Source: an uncultured Gemmatimonadales bacterium
Lineage (GTDB): Bacteria; Gemmatimonadota; Gemmatimonadetes; Longimicrobiales; Gaopeijiaceae
Assembly (NCBI GenBank): GCA_963823035.1
Contig: CAWGKG010000021.1
Location: 91,819-155,818, forward strand
Length of the DNA stretch: 64,000 nucleotides
Reading direction: 5' to 3'
Of this stretch, positions 29,107-39,948 are shown one piece after another (position 1 is the stretch's first letter; each line of letters starts with the position of its first letter). The notes under the pieces were generated by a model, which had not been told where the DNA came from, ran no database searches, and was given only the letters and a program-made list of their open reading frames with translations. The position numbers and the translations under genes were made by a program.

Positions 29107-29571
29107 ATGCGCGAGACCATTCGCTTCCGGCTGAACGGCCGGGAAACCACGATCGAGACCGACGGTGAGCGGCGTCTCCTCTGGGTCCTGCGCAGCGACC
29201 TCGGCCTCACCGGTCCGAAGTACGGTTGCGGGATCTCGCGGTGCGGCGCCTGCACGGTCCTCGTGAATGGCAATCCGGTCCGTTCATGCCAATACCAGAT
29301 CCTGGACGTCCAGGACGCCGACATCACCACCATCGAAGGACTGGCCGACGGAGACCGGCTGCATCCGCTGCAGGAGGAGTTCGCCGAGCGGGGTGCGTTC
29401 CAGTGCGGCTATTGCACGCCCGGGATGATCCTGGAGGCGTACAGCCTCCTGAAGGCGAATCCGCATCCGACCCGGCCACAGATCGTGAGCGGGATGAACC
29501 GGAACCTGTGCCGCTGCGGCGCCCACAAGCGGATCGTGGAAGCCATCGAAGCCGCCGCGGCGCGGCTGTGA
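29107..29571 (+). CDS. (2Fe-2S)-binding small subunit of a xanthine-oxidase-family enzyme (CoxS/IorA-like)
   Basis: GCGISRCGACTV...RSC, FQCGYCTPG and NLCRC. Confidence 0.95.
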   Translation: MRETIRFRLNGRETTIETDGERRLLWVLRSDLGLTGPKYGCGISRCGACTVLVNGNPVRSCQYQILDVQDADITTIEGLADGDRLHPLQEEFAERGAFQCGYCTPGMILEAYSLLKANPHPTRPQIVSGMNRNLCRCGAHKRIVEAIEAAAARL

Positions 29572-29581
29572 GGAGGACGTC

Positions 29582-31696
29582 ATGAACAGGAACGATCTGG
29601 GTCCGATGGCCGTGGACCGCCGGGACTTCCTCAAGTTCACCGGCGGCGGGATCGCCGTCTTCGTCACGCTGAAGGACCGATCCATCCTTGCCGAGACTCT
29701 GGAGCAGCAGCGGGGGTACCCATCGGACTTCAACGCCTACCTGCGTATCGGGGAGGACGGCCGGGTGACCGTGCTCACCGGCAAGATCGAGATGGGGCAG
29801 GGCGTGGAGACGTCGCAGGCGCAGATGGTCGCGGAGGAGCTGCGCGTGCCGCTGGCGTCCGTCGACATGGTCATGGGCGACACCGACGTGTGCGTGTGGG
29901 ACGCCGGCACCTGGGGCTCGCTCACGACGCGGGTCTTCGGGCCCGCGCTGCGAGCCGCCGCGGCCAAGGCGCGGGAGGTGCTCCTCGAGCTCGCTTCCGA
30001 GCGTCTGGACGCGCCGGCGGAGCGCCTCCGGGTGGAAGACGGCGTCGTCTCGGTGGTGGGCGGCCAGCGTCGCGTCACGTACGGCGAGCTGGCGAAGGGG
30101 CAGAAGATCGAGCGGACGTTGGACCACGAGGCGGTCCTCCGGTCGGTGAAGGACTTCACGGTCATGGGCACCTCGTCGAAGCGGTTCGACCGGAAGGCGA
30201 AGGTCACGGGCGCGGCCCACTATGCCGGCGACGTCCGCCTCCCGGGCATGCTCCGGGCCAGGCTGCTCCGGCCGCCGGCGCACGGAGCCACGTTGAAGAG
30301 CGTCGACACCTCGGCGGCGGAGGCCGTGGCGGGCGTGACGGTGGTCAACCGGGACGGGCTGGTGGCGGTCCTGCACGAGGAACGCGACGTGGCCGATCGG
30401 GCCCTGGAGCTGGTGCGGGCCGAATGGGATGTGCCCGTGGCCGAGCTGGACGACCAGAACATCTGGGATCACCTCGTGGCTGTCGCGCCCGACGGTCGGA
30501 CGACGTACGAGCTGGGGAGTCTCGACGCCGGGGCGCAGGCCTGCGCGAAGGTGTTCGAACACACCTACTACGACGGGTACGTGGCCCACGCGCCCATGGA
30601 GCCGCACACGTCGATCGCTTCCGTCGAGGACGACCGCATCACGATCTGGGCCTCCACGCAGAGCCCCTTCGGGGACCAGGCGCGGGTCGCCCAGACCCTC
30701 GGCATCGACCCCTCGATGGTCCGGGTCGTCACGCCGTACGTGGGCGGCGGATTCGGTGGCAAGGCGTCGGGCGGCCAGACGCTGGAGGCGGCGCGTCTGG
30801 CATGGATCACGCGCCGTCCGGTGCAGGTCATGTGGACGCGGGACGAGGAGTTCTTCTACGACACCTTCCATGCCGCGGCCGTCGTGAAGCTCCGTTCGGG
30901 GATCGATGCCGCTGGGCGCATGCAACTCTGGGACTACCACGTCTACATGGCGGGCACGAGGGGCACGGAAGTCCTCTACGACGTGCCCCACGCCGTCGTG
31001 GCCTCACACTCGGCGCGCGACGCGCACCCCTTCGCCACCGGCGCATGGCGGGCTCCCGGCGCGAACACGAACACGTTCGCGCGCGAGTGCCAGATCGACA
31101 TCATGGCCGCGGATGCGGGGATCGATCCGATGGAGTTCCGCCTGCGCAACGCAGCGGACCCGCGCCTGCGCAGCGTGCTGGAGGCGGTGGCGAAGGCTGC
31201 CGGCTGGTCCGGGGCTCCGGCGCCGAGCGGGCGAGGCTTCGGGGTGGCGTGCGGTTTCGACGCCGGAACGTACGTAGCGCACGTGGCGAAGGTCGCCGTC
31301 GATGAATCCTCGGGCGCGGTACGGGTCGAGCGGATGTGGTGCGCCCAGGAGATGGGGATCGTGGTGAATCCCGAAGGCGCCACCATGCAGATGGAGGGTT
31401 GCATCACCCAGGGGCTCGGATACGCCCTCATGGAGCACATCCGCTTCCGTGGAGGGGACATCCGCGACAGGAACTTCAACACGTACCGGATCCCCCGCTT
31501 CACCGACCTCCCGGAGATCGAGACCGTCCTCGTTGCGAACGACGAGGTGGCGCCGCAAGGCGGGGGCGAACCCGCGATCATATGCATCGGCGCCGTGATC
31601 GCCAACGCCGTCTACGATGCCTGCGGGAGCCGCCTCTTCACGATGCCGTTCACGCCGGAGTCGGTGCGGGCGGGGATCACGGAGTCGGCTGGCTGA
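29582..31696 (+). CDS. Molybdopterin-binding large subunit (IorB / aldehyde oxidoreductase-like) with Tat-like motif
   Basis: RRDFLK, KIEMGQG, HAPMEP, GGGFGGK, AWRAPG, QMEGC and GGGEP. Confidence 0.93.
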   Translation: MNRNDLGPMAVDRRDFLKFTGGGIAVFVTLKDRSILAETLEQQRGYPSDFNAYLRIGEDGRVTVLTGKIEMGQGVETSQAQMVAEELRVPLASVDMVMGDTDVCVWDAGTWGSLTTRVFGPALRAAAAKAREVLLELASERLDAPAERLRVEDGVVSVVGGQRRVTYGELAKGQKIERTLDHEAVLRSVKDFTVMGTSSKRFDRKAKVTGAAHYAGDVRLPGMLRARLLRPPAHGATLKSVDTSAAEAVAGVTVVNRDGLVAVLHEERDVADRALELVRAEWDVPVAELDDQNIWDHLVAVAPDGRTTYELGSLDAGAQACAKVFEHTYYDGYVAHAPMEPHTSIASVEDDRITIWASTQSPFGDQARVAQTLGIDPSMVRVVTPYVGGGFGGKASGGQTLEAARLAWITRRPVQVMWTRDEEFFYDTFHAAAVVKLRSGIDAAGRMQLWDYHVYMAGTRGTEVLYDVPHAVVASHSARDAHPFATGAWRAPGANTNTFARECQIDIMAADAGIDPMEFRLRNAADPRLRSVLEAVAKAAGWSGAPAPSGRGFGVACGFDAGTYVAHVAKVAVDESSGAVRVERMWCAQEMGIVVNPEGATMQMEGCITQGLGYALMEHIRFRGGDIRDRNFNTYRIPRFTDLPEIETVLVANDEVAPQGGGEPAIICIGAVIANAVYDACGSRLFTMPFTPESVRAGITESAG

Positions 31697-31810
31697 GGAA
31701 AGCGCGGCTCGTGACCGGAGGGAGACAGGAGGGCCTGTACGGGAAGCGGGGTTGGGGCCAGTATTCTCGGATACCTCACTGCCCTCATCCCTCGCTCCAT
31801 CCTGCCTCCC

Positions 31811-33985
31811 TTGCGGTTTCTGCCCCTCTTCGTGCGGATTCTGGGCGTCCTCACCGTGACCGAGCTGGCCGCGGGCGCGTTGCTGGCCGTCCTCCCGGCG
31901 CTGCCCGGCGGCGTGCACGAGGTGGTCCACTTCGCGCTCATGGCCCTGCTCGCCGCTCCCCTCGCGCACCGGTGGATCTTCCGGCCCCTCGTCGGTAGGA
32001 TCGTCACGACGTCCCTGGCGAAAGAGCAGCGCTCCACCGCCGAAGCCAGCCGCCTTCTGCATCTCTTCCGGGCGGGCATCGAGCGGAGCGGGGAGATCAT
32101 CTTCCTGACGGATCCGTCGGGGCGGATCATGTACGTGAACCCGATGTTCACGGAGACGTACGGGTACGCGCCGAGCGAAGCCATCGGCCAGACGCCCCGA
32201 ATTCTGAAGTCCGGGGCACTGCCTCCGGAGGCCTACGACGGGTTCTGGGCCACGCTCCTGGGCAAACAGGTGGTGCAGGGTGAGCTGGTGAACCGTGCCA
32301 AGGACGGCACCGTGCTGACCATCGAGGCCACGGCGAACCCGGTCCTGGACGACGAGGGCGAGATCGTGGCCTTCCTGGCCATCCAGCGCAACGTGACGGC
32401 CCGGAAGCAGACCGAGGAGGCCCTGCGCCGGAGCGAGGAGCGCTTCCGCACGCTGATGGAGAAGGTCCCCGAAGGTATCGGCGCGCTGGAGTTGGACGAT
32501 CGGACCATCCGCTATGCGAACCCCGCGCTGTGCCGCATGCTCGGCTACGCCGAGGAGGAGATGCGCGGGAAGAGGGTCGACGATTTCCAGCACCCCGACG
32601 ACCGGGAGCGGGCCCGCCGTCGGCTGGAGGAGCTCACGCGCGCCGGCGGAGACCCCATGGCGCTGGAGGTGCCGGCCGAGTACCGCCTCGTCAGCCGGTC
32701 GGGCTCCGTGGTCAACGTGGAGATCACCACCCGGGTCGTCGACCTGGAGGACGGCCCCGCGTTGCTGAGCATCGTGCGGGACGTCACCGACCGGAAGCGG
32801 CTCGAGGAGCACATGCTCCAGTCCCAGAAGCTCGAAGCCGTGGGTCAGCTCGCCGGCGGGGTCGCCCACGATTTCAACAACCTCCTCACGATCATCCAGG
32901 CCAACGCCGAGCTGCTTCGGCACGAGCACTTCACCGCCGACGGGAAAGAGCCAGCGGAGATCGGGGAGGTGGAGAGCGCGGTGCGGAGGGGCAAGGAGCT
33001 GGTGCAGCGGCTCTCCGCCTTCAGCCGCAGAGAGGCGCTCAGCTTCGACGCGGTGGACCTGCGCCCGTTCCTGTCGGAGTTGGAGCGGCCTCTGCGACGA
33101 CTCCTTCCGGAGAACATCGAGATCCGCATGCGCGTCGCCGACGGAGCCGGGCCGGTGTGGGCCCACGTCGGCTCGCTCGAGCAGATCCTCATCAACCTGA
33201 CCACCAACGCCCGCGATGCCATGCCCGAAGGCGGCGTCCTCGACATCTCGGTGACGCCCGTCGTGGTCTCCGACCGTGACGATATGGGGTCCGCCCCGGG
33301 CGACTACGTGTGCATCGCGGTCACGGACACGGGCGTCGGCATGCCCCGGACGGTGCGCGATCGCATCTTCGAGCCGTTCTTCACCACCAAGCCCGTCGGG
33401 AAGGGGACGGGCCTCGGGATGGCCGCCGTGTACGGCCTGGTGAGCCAGCACTCGGGCTTCGTGAGCGTCTACAGCGAAGAAGCCCGGGGAACCACCGTGC
33501 GGGTGAACCTCCCGGTGGCCGGTCGGCGACGTCCGGAGGTGCCGGGGCCGGAAATCCACCCGGGCGGGCACGGTGGCCCCAGCGGTGGCACCGAGACCAT
33601 TCTGGTGGTCGAGGACGAGGAAGCCGTGCGCCGGGCGGCCATCCGCAGCCTATCCCGGGCGGGCTACACCGTCCTGGCGGCGTGCGACGGCGTCGAGGCG
33701 CTGCAGGTCTTCCGCGAGCATGGCGACGCGATCGACCTCGTGCTCACGGACCTCGTGATGCCCCGTATGGGCGGGCGCGACTTCGCGGCACGCGTCCAGG
33801 AAGAGCGCCCCGATCTTCCCGTGATCTTCGCGAGCGGATACGACGCCGACGCCGCCGTCCACGACGGGGCGCCCCCCCCGCCCGACGCGTTCCTGGGGAA
33901 GCCGTGGACGCTGGAGGAGTTGACCCGAGTCGTGCGACGGAGGCTCGACGAATCGGGCTCGCTAGGGGGCGGGACTCGCGCGTGA
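31811..33985 (+). CDS. Membrane PAS-PAS-histidine kinase-receiver hybrid sensor
   Basis: Two hydrophobic segments, two PAS domains, [24 protein letters not shown] and REC (VVEDE...TDLVMP...ASGY...KP). Confidence 0.95.
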   Translation: MRFLPLFVRILGVLTVTELAAGALLAVLPALPGGVHEVVHFALMALLAAPLAHRWIFRPLVGRIVTTSLAKEQRSTAEASRLLHLFRAGIERSGEIIFLTDPSGRIMYVNPMFTETYGYAPSEAIGQTPRILKSGALPPEAYDGFWATLLGKQVVQGELVNRAKDGTVLTIEATANPVLDDEGEIVAFLAIQRNVTARKQTEEALRRSEERFRTLMEKVPEGIGALELDDRTIRYANPALCRMLGYAEEEMRGKRVDDFQHPDDRERARRRLEELTRAGGDPMALEVPAEYRLVSRSGSVVNVEITTRVVDLEDGPALLSIVRDVTDRKRLEEHMLQSQKLEAVGQLAGGVAHDFNNLLTIIQANAELLRHEHFTADGKEPAEIGEVESAVRRGKELVQRLSAFSRREALSFDAVDLRPFLSELERPLRRLLPENIEIRMRVADGAGPVWAHVGSLEQILINLTTNARDAMPEGGVLDISVTPVVVSDRDDMGSAPGDYVCIAVTDTGVGMPRTVRDRIFEPFFTTKPVGKGTGLGMAAVYGLVSQHSGFVSVYSEEARGTTVRVNLPVAGRRRPEVPGPEIHPGGHGGPSGGTETILVVEDEEAVRRAAIRSLSRAGYTVLAACDGVEALQVFREHGDAIDLVLTDLVMPRMGGRDFAARVQEERPDLPVIFASGYDADAAVHDGAPPPPDAFLGKPWTLEELTRVVRRRLDESGSLGGGTRA

Positions 33986-36595
33986 CGTGCCCCGCCACTG
34001 CGTCTCCGGCGGTCGGTTCAGGTCCCGCGGTCGCCACTTGCCCCCGGGATACTCCCCGAAGATGCGGCTCGCGATGTGCTCTCCCAGCCGACGGTAGCTT
34101 TCCCACTGGGCCTCGCCGAAGAACTGGTCCATCGTCGATTCCTGCGGGAATTGCGGGTGGGCCCGTTGGTACTCGACCACGTCCAGGGGCTCGTCGCCGG
34201 AGACGCTCGGCTTCAGGATCACCAGAATCGAGTCGGGTGCCTTCTTCCTGCGTTCGGGGTCCTCGTAGAACACGGCCGCCAGGAGAGCGTGGGGACCGTC
34301 GGTACGCCGCGGCTGGCCGGAGCCGCCCGCCGCTCGCCGGATGCCCGGAAGTCGCTCGGCTCTCCGAAATAGCCGACCAGCTCCGCGGGCAGCAGGTCCA
34401 CCAGAACCTCCCTCGGGTAGAAGGCGATCTCGGCACTGAAGTCCAGGCGGGCCTTCCGCACGAGGCCGGCGAGGTCCTCGAATTCGTACTTGGGATCGCA
34501 GCCGTCATCGCACACGAGGATGAACGGCACACGGCGCCGGAGGAGCTCGTAGGCGCCCGTGTTCTCGAAGTGTCCACCGTCCGACAGGTACCAGAGAGGC
34601 CGGGCCGGACCGTGGAACCGGGCCAACAACTCGTCGAAGAAGTAGGAGTAGAACGGCATGACCCCCGCGAACCGGAGTCCCGGCGTTCTGCCGAGAGGCT
34701 TGCCACGTACCGCGCGCCTTCCGGGGTCGATCCCGCTGTTCCACCAGTAGCCGAGCCGGACATTCGAAAGCCCGAGGAGCACGCTGAGCGCCAGGTTCGT
34801 CCGTGAACCGAGGCCGGTGGAGAACGCCGCGCCCGAGATGCTGATCCATTCGCCGAGGCCCAACTCCTCGACCTTGATGGCCGGACCCGGTGCCGGAAAG
34901 ACCTGGAAGTCCCCGCGAACCGGGACCGGTTCCAGATCCCGCCCTTCGGCGTTCACCACCCAGGTCGCGTGGTGCCGCGAGCCCACGCTCATCCCGGAAG
35001 GCCCGAGGGCCATCGGCAGACCCTTCCGGTCGCGTTGCTCGAGCTGGCTCCTGCCCGACGCCGTCTCGTTGAGCGTCACGTTGACCAGATGCAGCGGTCC
35101 ACCCCGATCGAAAGGCCGGTAGTCGCCGAAGGCGATGCCGTCCCCGGGAATCGTCTCCGAGATTCTCACCTGCCCCTCATGCCGCCCGGGGTTCGATGCG
35201 CCGAGGTAGGCACGGGTCAGACGGGCCGCGTAGAGGGTGTTCTGGGAAGAGAGGTTGAGGAACGGAAGCGTCCACGCGAAGGCAGCCGGTGAGGACCGCC
35301 GCGAAGACCAGCGGAAACCACAGGCCGTTCTGTCCCAGCCGATGGGTCAAGGTGGCCAGACCGACCAGCACCACGCCGCAGACCACGAAGGCCAGCGCCC
35401 CGAGGAGGAGCTGGGGCGGGCAACGACAGACGCTTGCTTCCTCCGACCGACTCCAACATCGGACGGAGCTTCTGGACGATGCCGAAAGCGCCCAGCGCGA
35501 CCGTGAAGGTGGGAGCGAGAACGGCGATGATCCGCCCGGTCTGGAGACCGACCGCGAGCGTACGCCCCGCGGAATCGATCGTCGCGAACACGGCGAGGCT
35601 CACGGCGGTCCAGAGCGAGACCGACAACCAGCGCGACAACCGGTTGCGCTCCAGGCGATCCGGCGCAGGCGCGCCCTTGTCCTTCGCCTTTCGGCCGTCG
35701 CGCCGGGAGAGCGCCCACGCCATGACCCACCAGACCGCCGCCAGGACACCCTCGAGGATCGCGAGCCAGCCCCATGCTGCGGGAAGGAACGCCGGCCAGA
35801 CGGTCAGCGACGAGGACCGGCACCACCACCAAAGCGCCGAGGAGGGGCGGCAGGAAGCGCTGGCGTCCGAACGGCCAGGCCCGCTGGGTGAACCAATAGC
35901 TCCAGCCGAGGGGAACGATCGCGAGGAGCACGAGCAGCAGGGGCAGCTCCAACAGGGGGCTCGGCGATACCCCGGCACCGTTCAACGCCTGGCGCAGGAC
36001 GCCTGCCTGACTACTGACGCGGAGCAGCGCGTTCGGGCGTCCAGTCCAGGAGCACGCCGATGGCTGCGAACGCCGTGACCGCCGCCGCCGAGAGCACCAC
36101 GAGGACCGCGATCCAGTTGCGGAGCAACACGGCAGCGGCCCGGAGCGTGTCGCCGGAGCCATTGGGGGACATGTAGCGACCGTTCTCACGAAGCCAGTCG
36201 ACCGGCTTCGAGTGAAGGTCGAGCAGTTGGGCCTCGACCTGCTCCGGACCGATGGTCGTCGTCGCCCCGACGGGCTGTCGGACGAACATCGCGCCGAGGA
36301 ACGACCCGAAGTATCCGCCTCCCGACACGGTCGAGAGGAAGTCGATCCTGCGAATGCGTTGGGCACGCGCGAGCGCACGAAAGACCCCGAGACAGAACGT
36401 CGCGCTGCGAATGCCGCCGCCCGAAAGCGCGACGCCGACGGTGTCGTCCGGCATCGCGGGGTGTCCGAGGACCTCAGGTTCGACGGGGGCGTCGGTGAGC
36501 CCGGCGCGCCGCTTGACCACGAGTCTGGCCTCCGCCTCCCTGAGGGCGGACGGATAGACGGTGTCGTACCAACCGGGCGAGTCGGACGGCGCCAT
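33962..36595 (-). CDS. cPLA2/patatin-like phospholipase with central membrane region, multiple frameshifts
   Basis: GAGGAA before ATG 36595, ALSGGGIRSA (oxyanion), STVSGGG (Ser), ISGAAFS, YLSDGGHFENTG (Asp) and FPQESTMDQFFGEAQWESYRRLG. Stitched from at least five frame segments. Confidence 0.85.
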
Positions 36596-36759
36596 GAGAT
36601 TCCTCCCAGAGCATGATCGTCGCTCTGAACGGGGGCTCGCGCGCTCGGTGCGCGACGGCGTCAACTTGCTGGGGCCGAAGCCAAGCCACCAGGGCCCGCG
36701 GCGGTAACTGGGGAGGGGGTGGAGAATCGTGGTGAGCGACGACCGGCGCGCCGGCGACC

Positions 36760-39476
36760 TCACCCCTCCGAGCGGAGCGCCTCCGAGGGTGGTGTGCGCG
36801 CAGCGCTCGCCGCTGGGTATGACGGCTGCGGCTGCAGCGACGGCCACGAGGGTGAGGCACGACGCCGCCAGGACGATGGGGTCCTCCGGCGACGTCCTGA
36901 AGAGGAGATCCCGGGCCGCGCCCGCGAGCGCGATGACCACGGTGAGCCCGAGCACGGCGCCTCCCGACGCACGCAGAACGGCAAAGCGGAAGACCATCGC
37001 CACGAGGCGCCCACGCTCGGCACCGAGCGCCGACCGGATTCCCATCTCACGACGTCGCTGCGCCATCTCGAAGCTCACGATCGCGTGCAGCCCGAGCGCC
37101 GCGACCGACAGGGCGAGGCCACCGAAGAGGGCGAACAAGGTGGCGCCGAGGCGCCACGATCGCCCGAGTGCGCCGACCTGGTCGACCAACGGCCGGACCG
37201 ATGCGTACCGGACGTCGGAACCGGCGTCGAGCAGCGCTGTCCGGACGGCGGCGAGCGTGGCGGGCGTCCCTCCCGACCCCCGCACGACGACACTGCTCAC
37301 GTCCTGGGCGGCGGGATGTCCGACGGGGAGGTAGAAGATCAACGACGCATCCTCCACGAGGTCCGCGGCGCGATGATCCGCGAGGATCCCCACCACCCGG
37401 CTACACGGAGGACGTCCGGAGCCCCTCTGCTCGACCAGGAGACACTTGCCCAGGGGATCGGCCAGTCCGAAGGCCCGACGGGCGAGCCCCTCGGAGAGCA
37501 CCAGCACGGGGGGAGCACCGGGGACGGCATCGGCGGGGGTGAAGCCACGGCCTCGGACGAGCCGCATCCCCATCACCCGGAAGTAGTCCGGGGAGATCAC
37601 ATAGGAGATCGGCCTGCTGGGCAGAGAGATCGATTCCCCGTCCGCCTGTTGGAGGGCCAGTCCCCAGTAGAGGCCCTCGAAGGGCGTCAGGCTCGACACG
37701 GCCACCGCCTCGATTCCGGGCTCCGTACGGAGGCGCTCCATCGCATCGGTCACCGCCCTCGCGGGGACATCGCCCACGTAGCCACGGGCGGTCTCGACGT
37801 TTCCCACCACGACCCCGTCCGGCACGAAGCCCAGGTCGAGGTCGTGCACCCGGTCGAGGCTCCTGAGGAAGAGGCCCGCACCCGCGAGCAGCACCACCGA
37901 GATCGCGACCTGGAGGACCAGAAGCGAGGATCGCATGCGGCTCGACGAGCGTGCGTGGCCGGAGCCCCCGAGGTCCCGGTGGAGGTCGGGTCGCGAGGCC
38001 AGCGCCGCCGGCGCCAGACCGGCCAGGAGGGCCGAGATGCACGCGGCGAGGCCGGCGAACCCGAGAAGGTGAGGGTACCCGAGCGACGGGCCGGGGTCGA
38101 GCTCGGGCAAGAGGGTCCGGTAGACGAGCGCGCCTCCCCACCGGGCCGCGAGGATCGAGGCCACGCCGGCCACGGCCGCGAGGGTGAGGCTCTCCAGCAA
38201 GAGGTGAAGAAAGAGCCGCCGCCGAGGAATCCCCAGGACGACGCGGATCGCCATCTCTCGTCTGCGACGCACGCCGCGAAGGAAGAGCAGGTTGGCCACG
38301 TTCGCGCACGCGATGAGCATGACCAGGAGCGCGACGCCGGCGAGAAGCCGCGACACGGCTACCGCGGAGCCGGCGTTGGGCGAGCGCCCCGGGACGACGG
38401 AGCCGAGGACGACGCGCGCGTCGGGGTCGTATCGGCCCGCGGCGATCTGGTCCTCCCGGCCGGCACGGTGAGCGGCGGTGGCCTCGGCCTCGACGGCCTT
38501 GGGTTCGCGCCCGTCACGGAGGCGGGCCACCACCTCGAACCAGTACGAGCTGCGGGACGTGCGCCAAGCGTCGCTCCTGGACGAAGCCGCCCGGGTGGTC
38601 ACGAGGGGAAGCCACACATCCACCGGGTCGATGGTGGCACCCGTGAAGCCCGGCGGGGCGACGCCCACCACCGTGTACGTGCCCGGGCCGATGCGCAGCT
38701 CCCGCCCGAGAATCCCTGCGTCCCGCCCAAAGTGGCGTGTCCAGAACGCATGGCTGAGGACGGCGACCTGGGTGCCGGGGATCCTGTCCTCCTCCGCATC
38801 GTAGAACCGGCCCAGCTCGGGCCGAACGCCCAGCAGGCCGAAGAGCGCGCGCGCCGGCCATCTGGACGTGGAGGCGCTCCGCCTCGGTGCCCCAGCCGAG
38901 GGTGTACGTGGTGTTCGAGTAGCCCGCCACCGCACTGAAGCCGCTCAGGGTCTCGAGGTCCACCATGTCGGGATACGAGAACTCGGCGCTGATCTCCCTG
39001 GTGCGGAGGAACGGCGAAGTCCGGTCGAAGTAGACGCGCACCACGCGCCCGGGGTCCGCCACGTGCGCGGGGGGACGGAGCAGGAGGCGATCGGTGATCC
39101 CGTACATCATCGTCGTCGCGCCGATCCCCAGACCCAGCGTTGCCACCACGGCGAGGGTGAAGCCAGGTGCCCGCCGGGCGCTCCTCAGCGTGAACCCCAG
39201 AGCCTGGAGCGCTGCGTCGAAGGTGGCGCGCCCAGGACGGCCCCGCCCGGGTCCGCCGGCGATCCGCTGGCCCGTGCCGCTCACGACGGTGTCCGCCAGC
39301 GTCGCGATCACCCAGGCGACGCGTCGAACACGGCCTGCGCCTTCCCTGCGCGCCCACTCGTGGTCGAAGGCGGCCTGCATCTCCTCCCCGTAGCGCGCGC
39401 GGAAGTCTGGTGGAAAGAGCCCCAACGAGCGGCCGAACAGACGCCTTGCCCAGGAGGTGCGGCCGGGCGCGTCCAC
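36760..39476 (-). CDS. ADOP-family duplicated ABC permease, frameshifts near 38855 and 36810
   Basis: LFPPDFRARYGEEM N-terminus, TLGLGIGATT, LIACANVANL...RRREMAIR, QVAISVVLLAGAGLF and RRREMGIRSALGA. Confidence 0.92.
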
Positions 39477-39478
39477 GC

Positions 39479-39808
39479 TCAGACTCCTCCGGCGATGACG
39501 CCAAGGCTGCGCGCCCGATCCACGAGCTCGCCGACCCGTCCGAGCTCCTCCGCGAGAGCCGCGCGGCCCTCCGGCGTCAGCGCGTAGCTGCGGCGACGGG
39601 CGTCGGCATCGTCATCCGCGGCCACCTCCGCAACGAGCCCGCGCTCCAGGAGCTGGTGGAGCGCTCGGTAGAGCGAGCCGGGCCGAAGAGCCACGGAACC
39701 GCCGGTGTCCTCCTCGATCGCGGCGCCTATGGCGTAGCCGTGGAGCGGCCCCCCGGTGAGGATGACGAGAATGCGGAGGTGGCGGAGGGACAGGGGATCG
39801 GACGACAT
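39479..39808 (-). CDS. PadR family transcriptional regulator
   Basis: PLHGYAI, GSLYRALHQL and RRRSYALTPEGR. Stop lies 2 nt before the permease start. Confidence 0.95.
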   Translation of the reverse strand: MSSDPLSLRHLRILVILTGGPLHGYAIGAAIEEDTGGSVALRPGSLYRALHQLLERGLVAEVAADDDADARRRSYALTPEGRAALAEELGRVGELVDRARSLGVIAGGV

Positions 39809-39826
39809 CGGTCCATCCATCGAAAG

Positions 39827-39857
39827 ACACGATCCGTGTATACACGATCCGTGTATA
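39827..39857. promoter_or_regulatory. Tandem palindromic operator upstream of padR
   Basis: Two perfect 15-bp direct repeats ACACGATCCGTGTAT (39827-39841 and 39842-39856), forming the palindrome TATACACG-ATC-CGTGTATA (39839-39857). Confidence 0.8.
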
Positions 39858-39948
39858 TAGCGCTCCCCGGGAGGTCGGGTCAAGTCGCGCTGCGTGGTGG
39901 AGGCGGTGGTTTGGGCGGAGGCCGGTGAGATCGACGGGGGGTGGCGGA

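Noticed and set aside
36011..38935. 974-aa ORF appearing to fuse an ABC permease to a patatin domain
   Set aside because: A frameshift near 36810 bypasses the permease's natural end (RTPPSEALRSEG*, 36760). The lipase has its own RBS and ATG at 36595.
39827..39857. Short direct repeat as a CRISPR remnant
   Set aside because: Only two 15-bp units, with no spacer and no cas genes. It fits an operator better.
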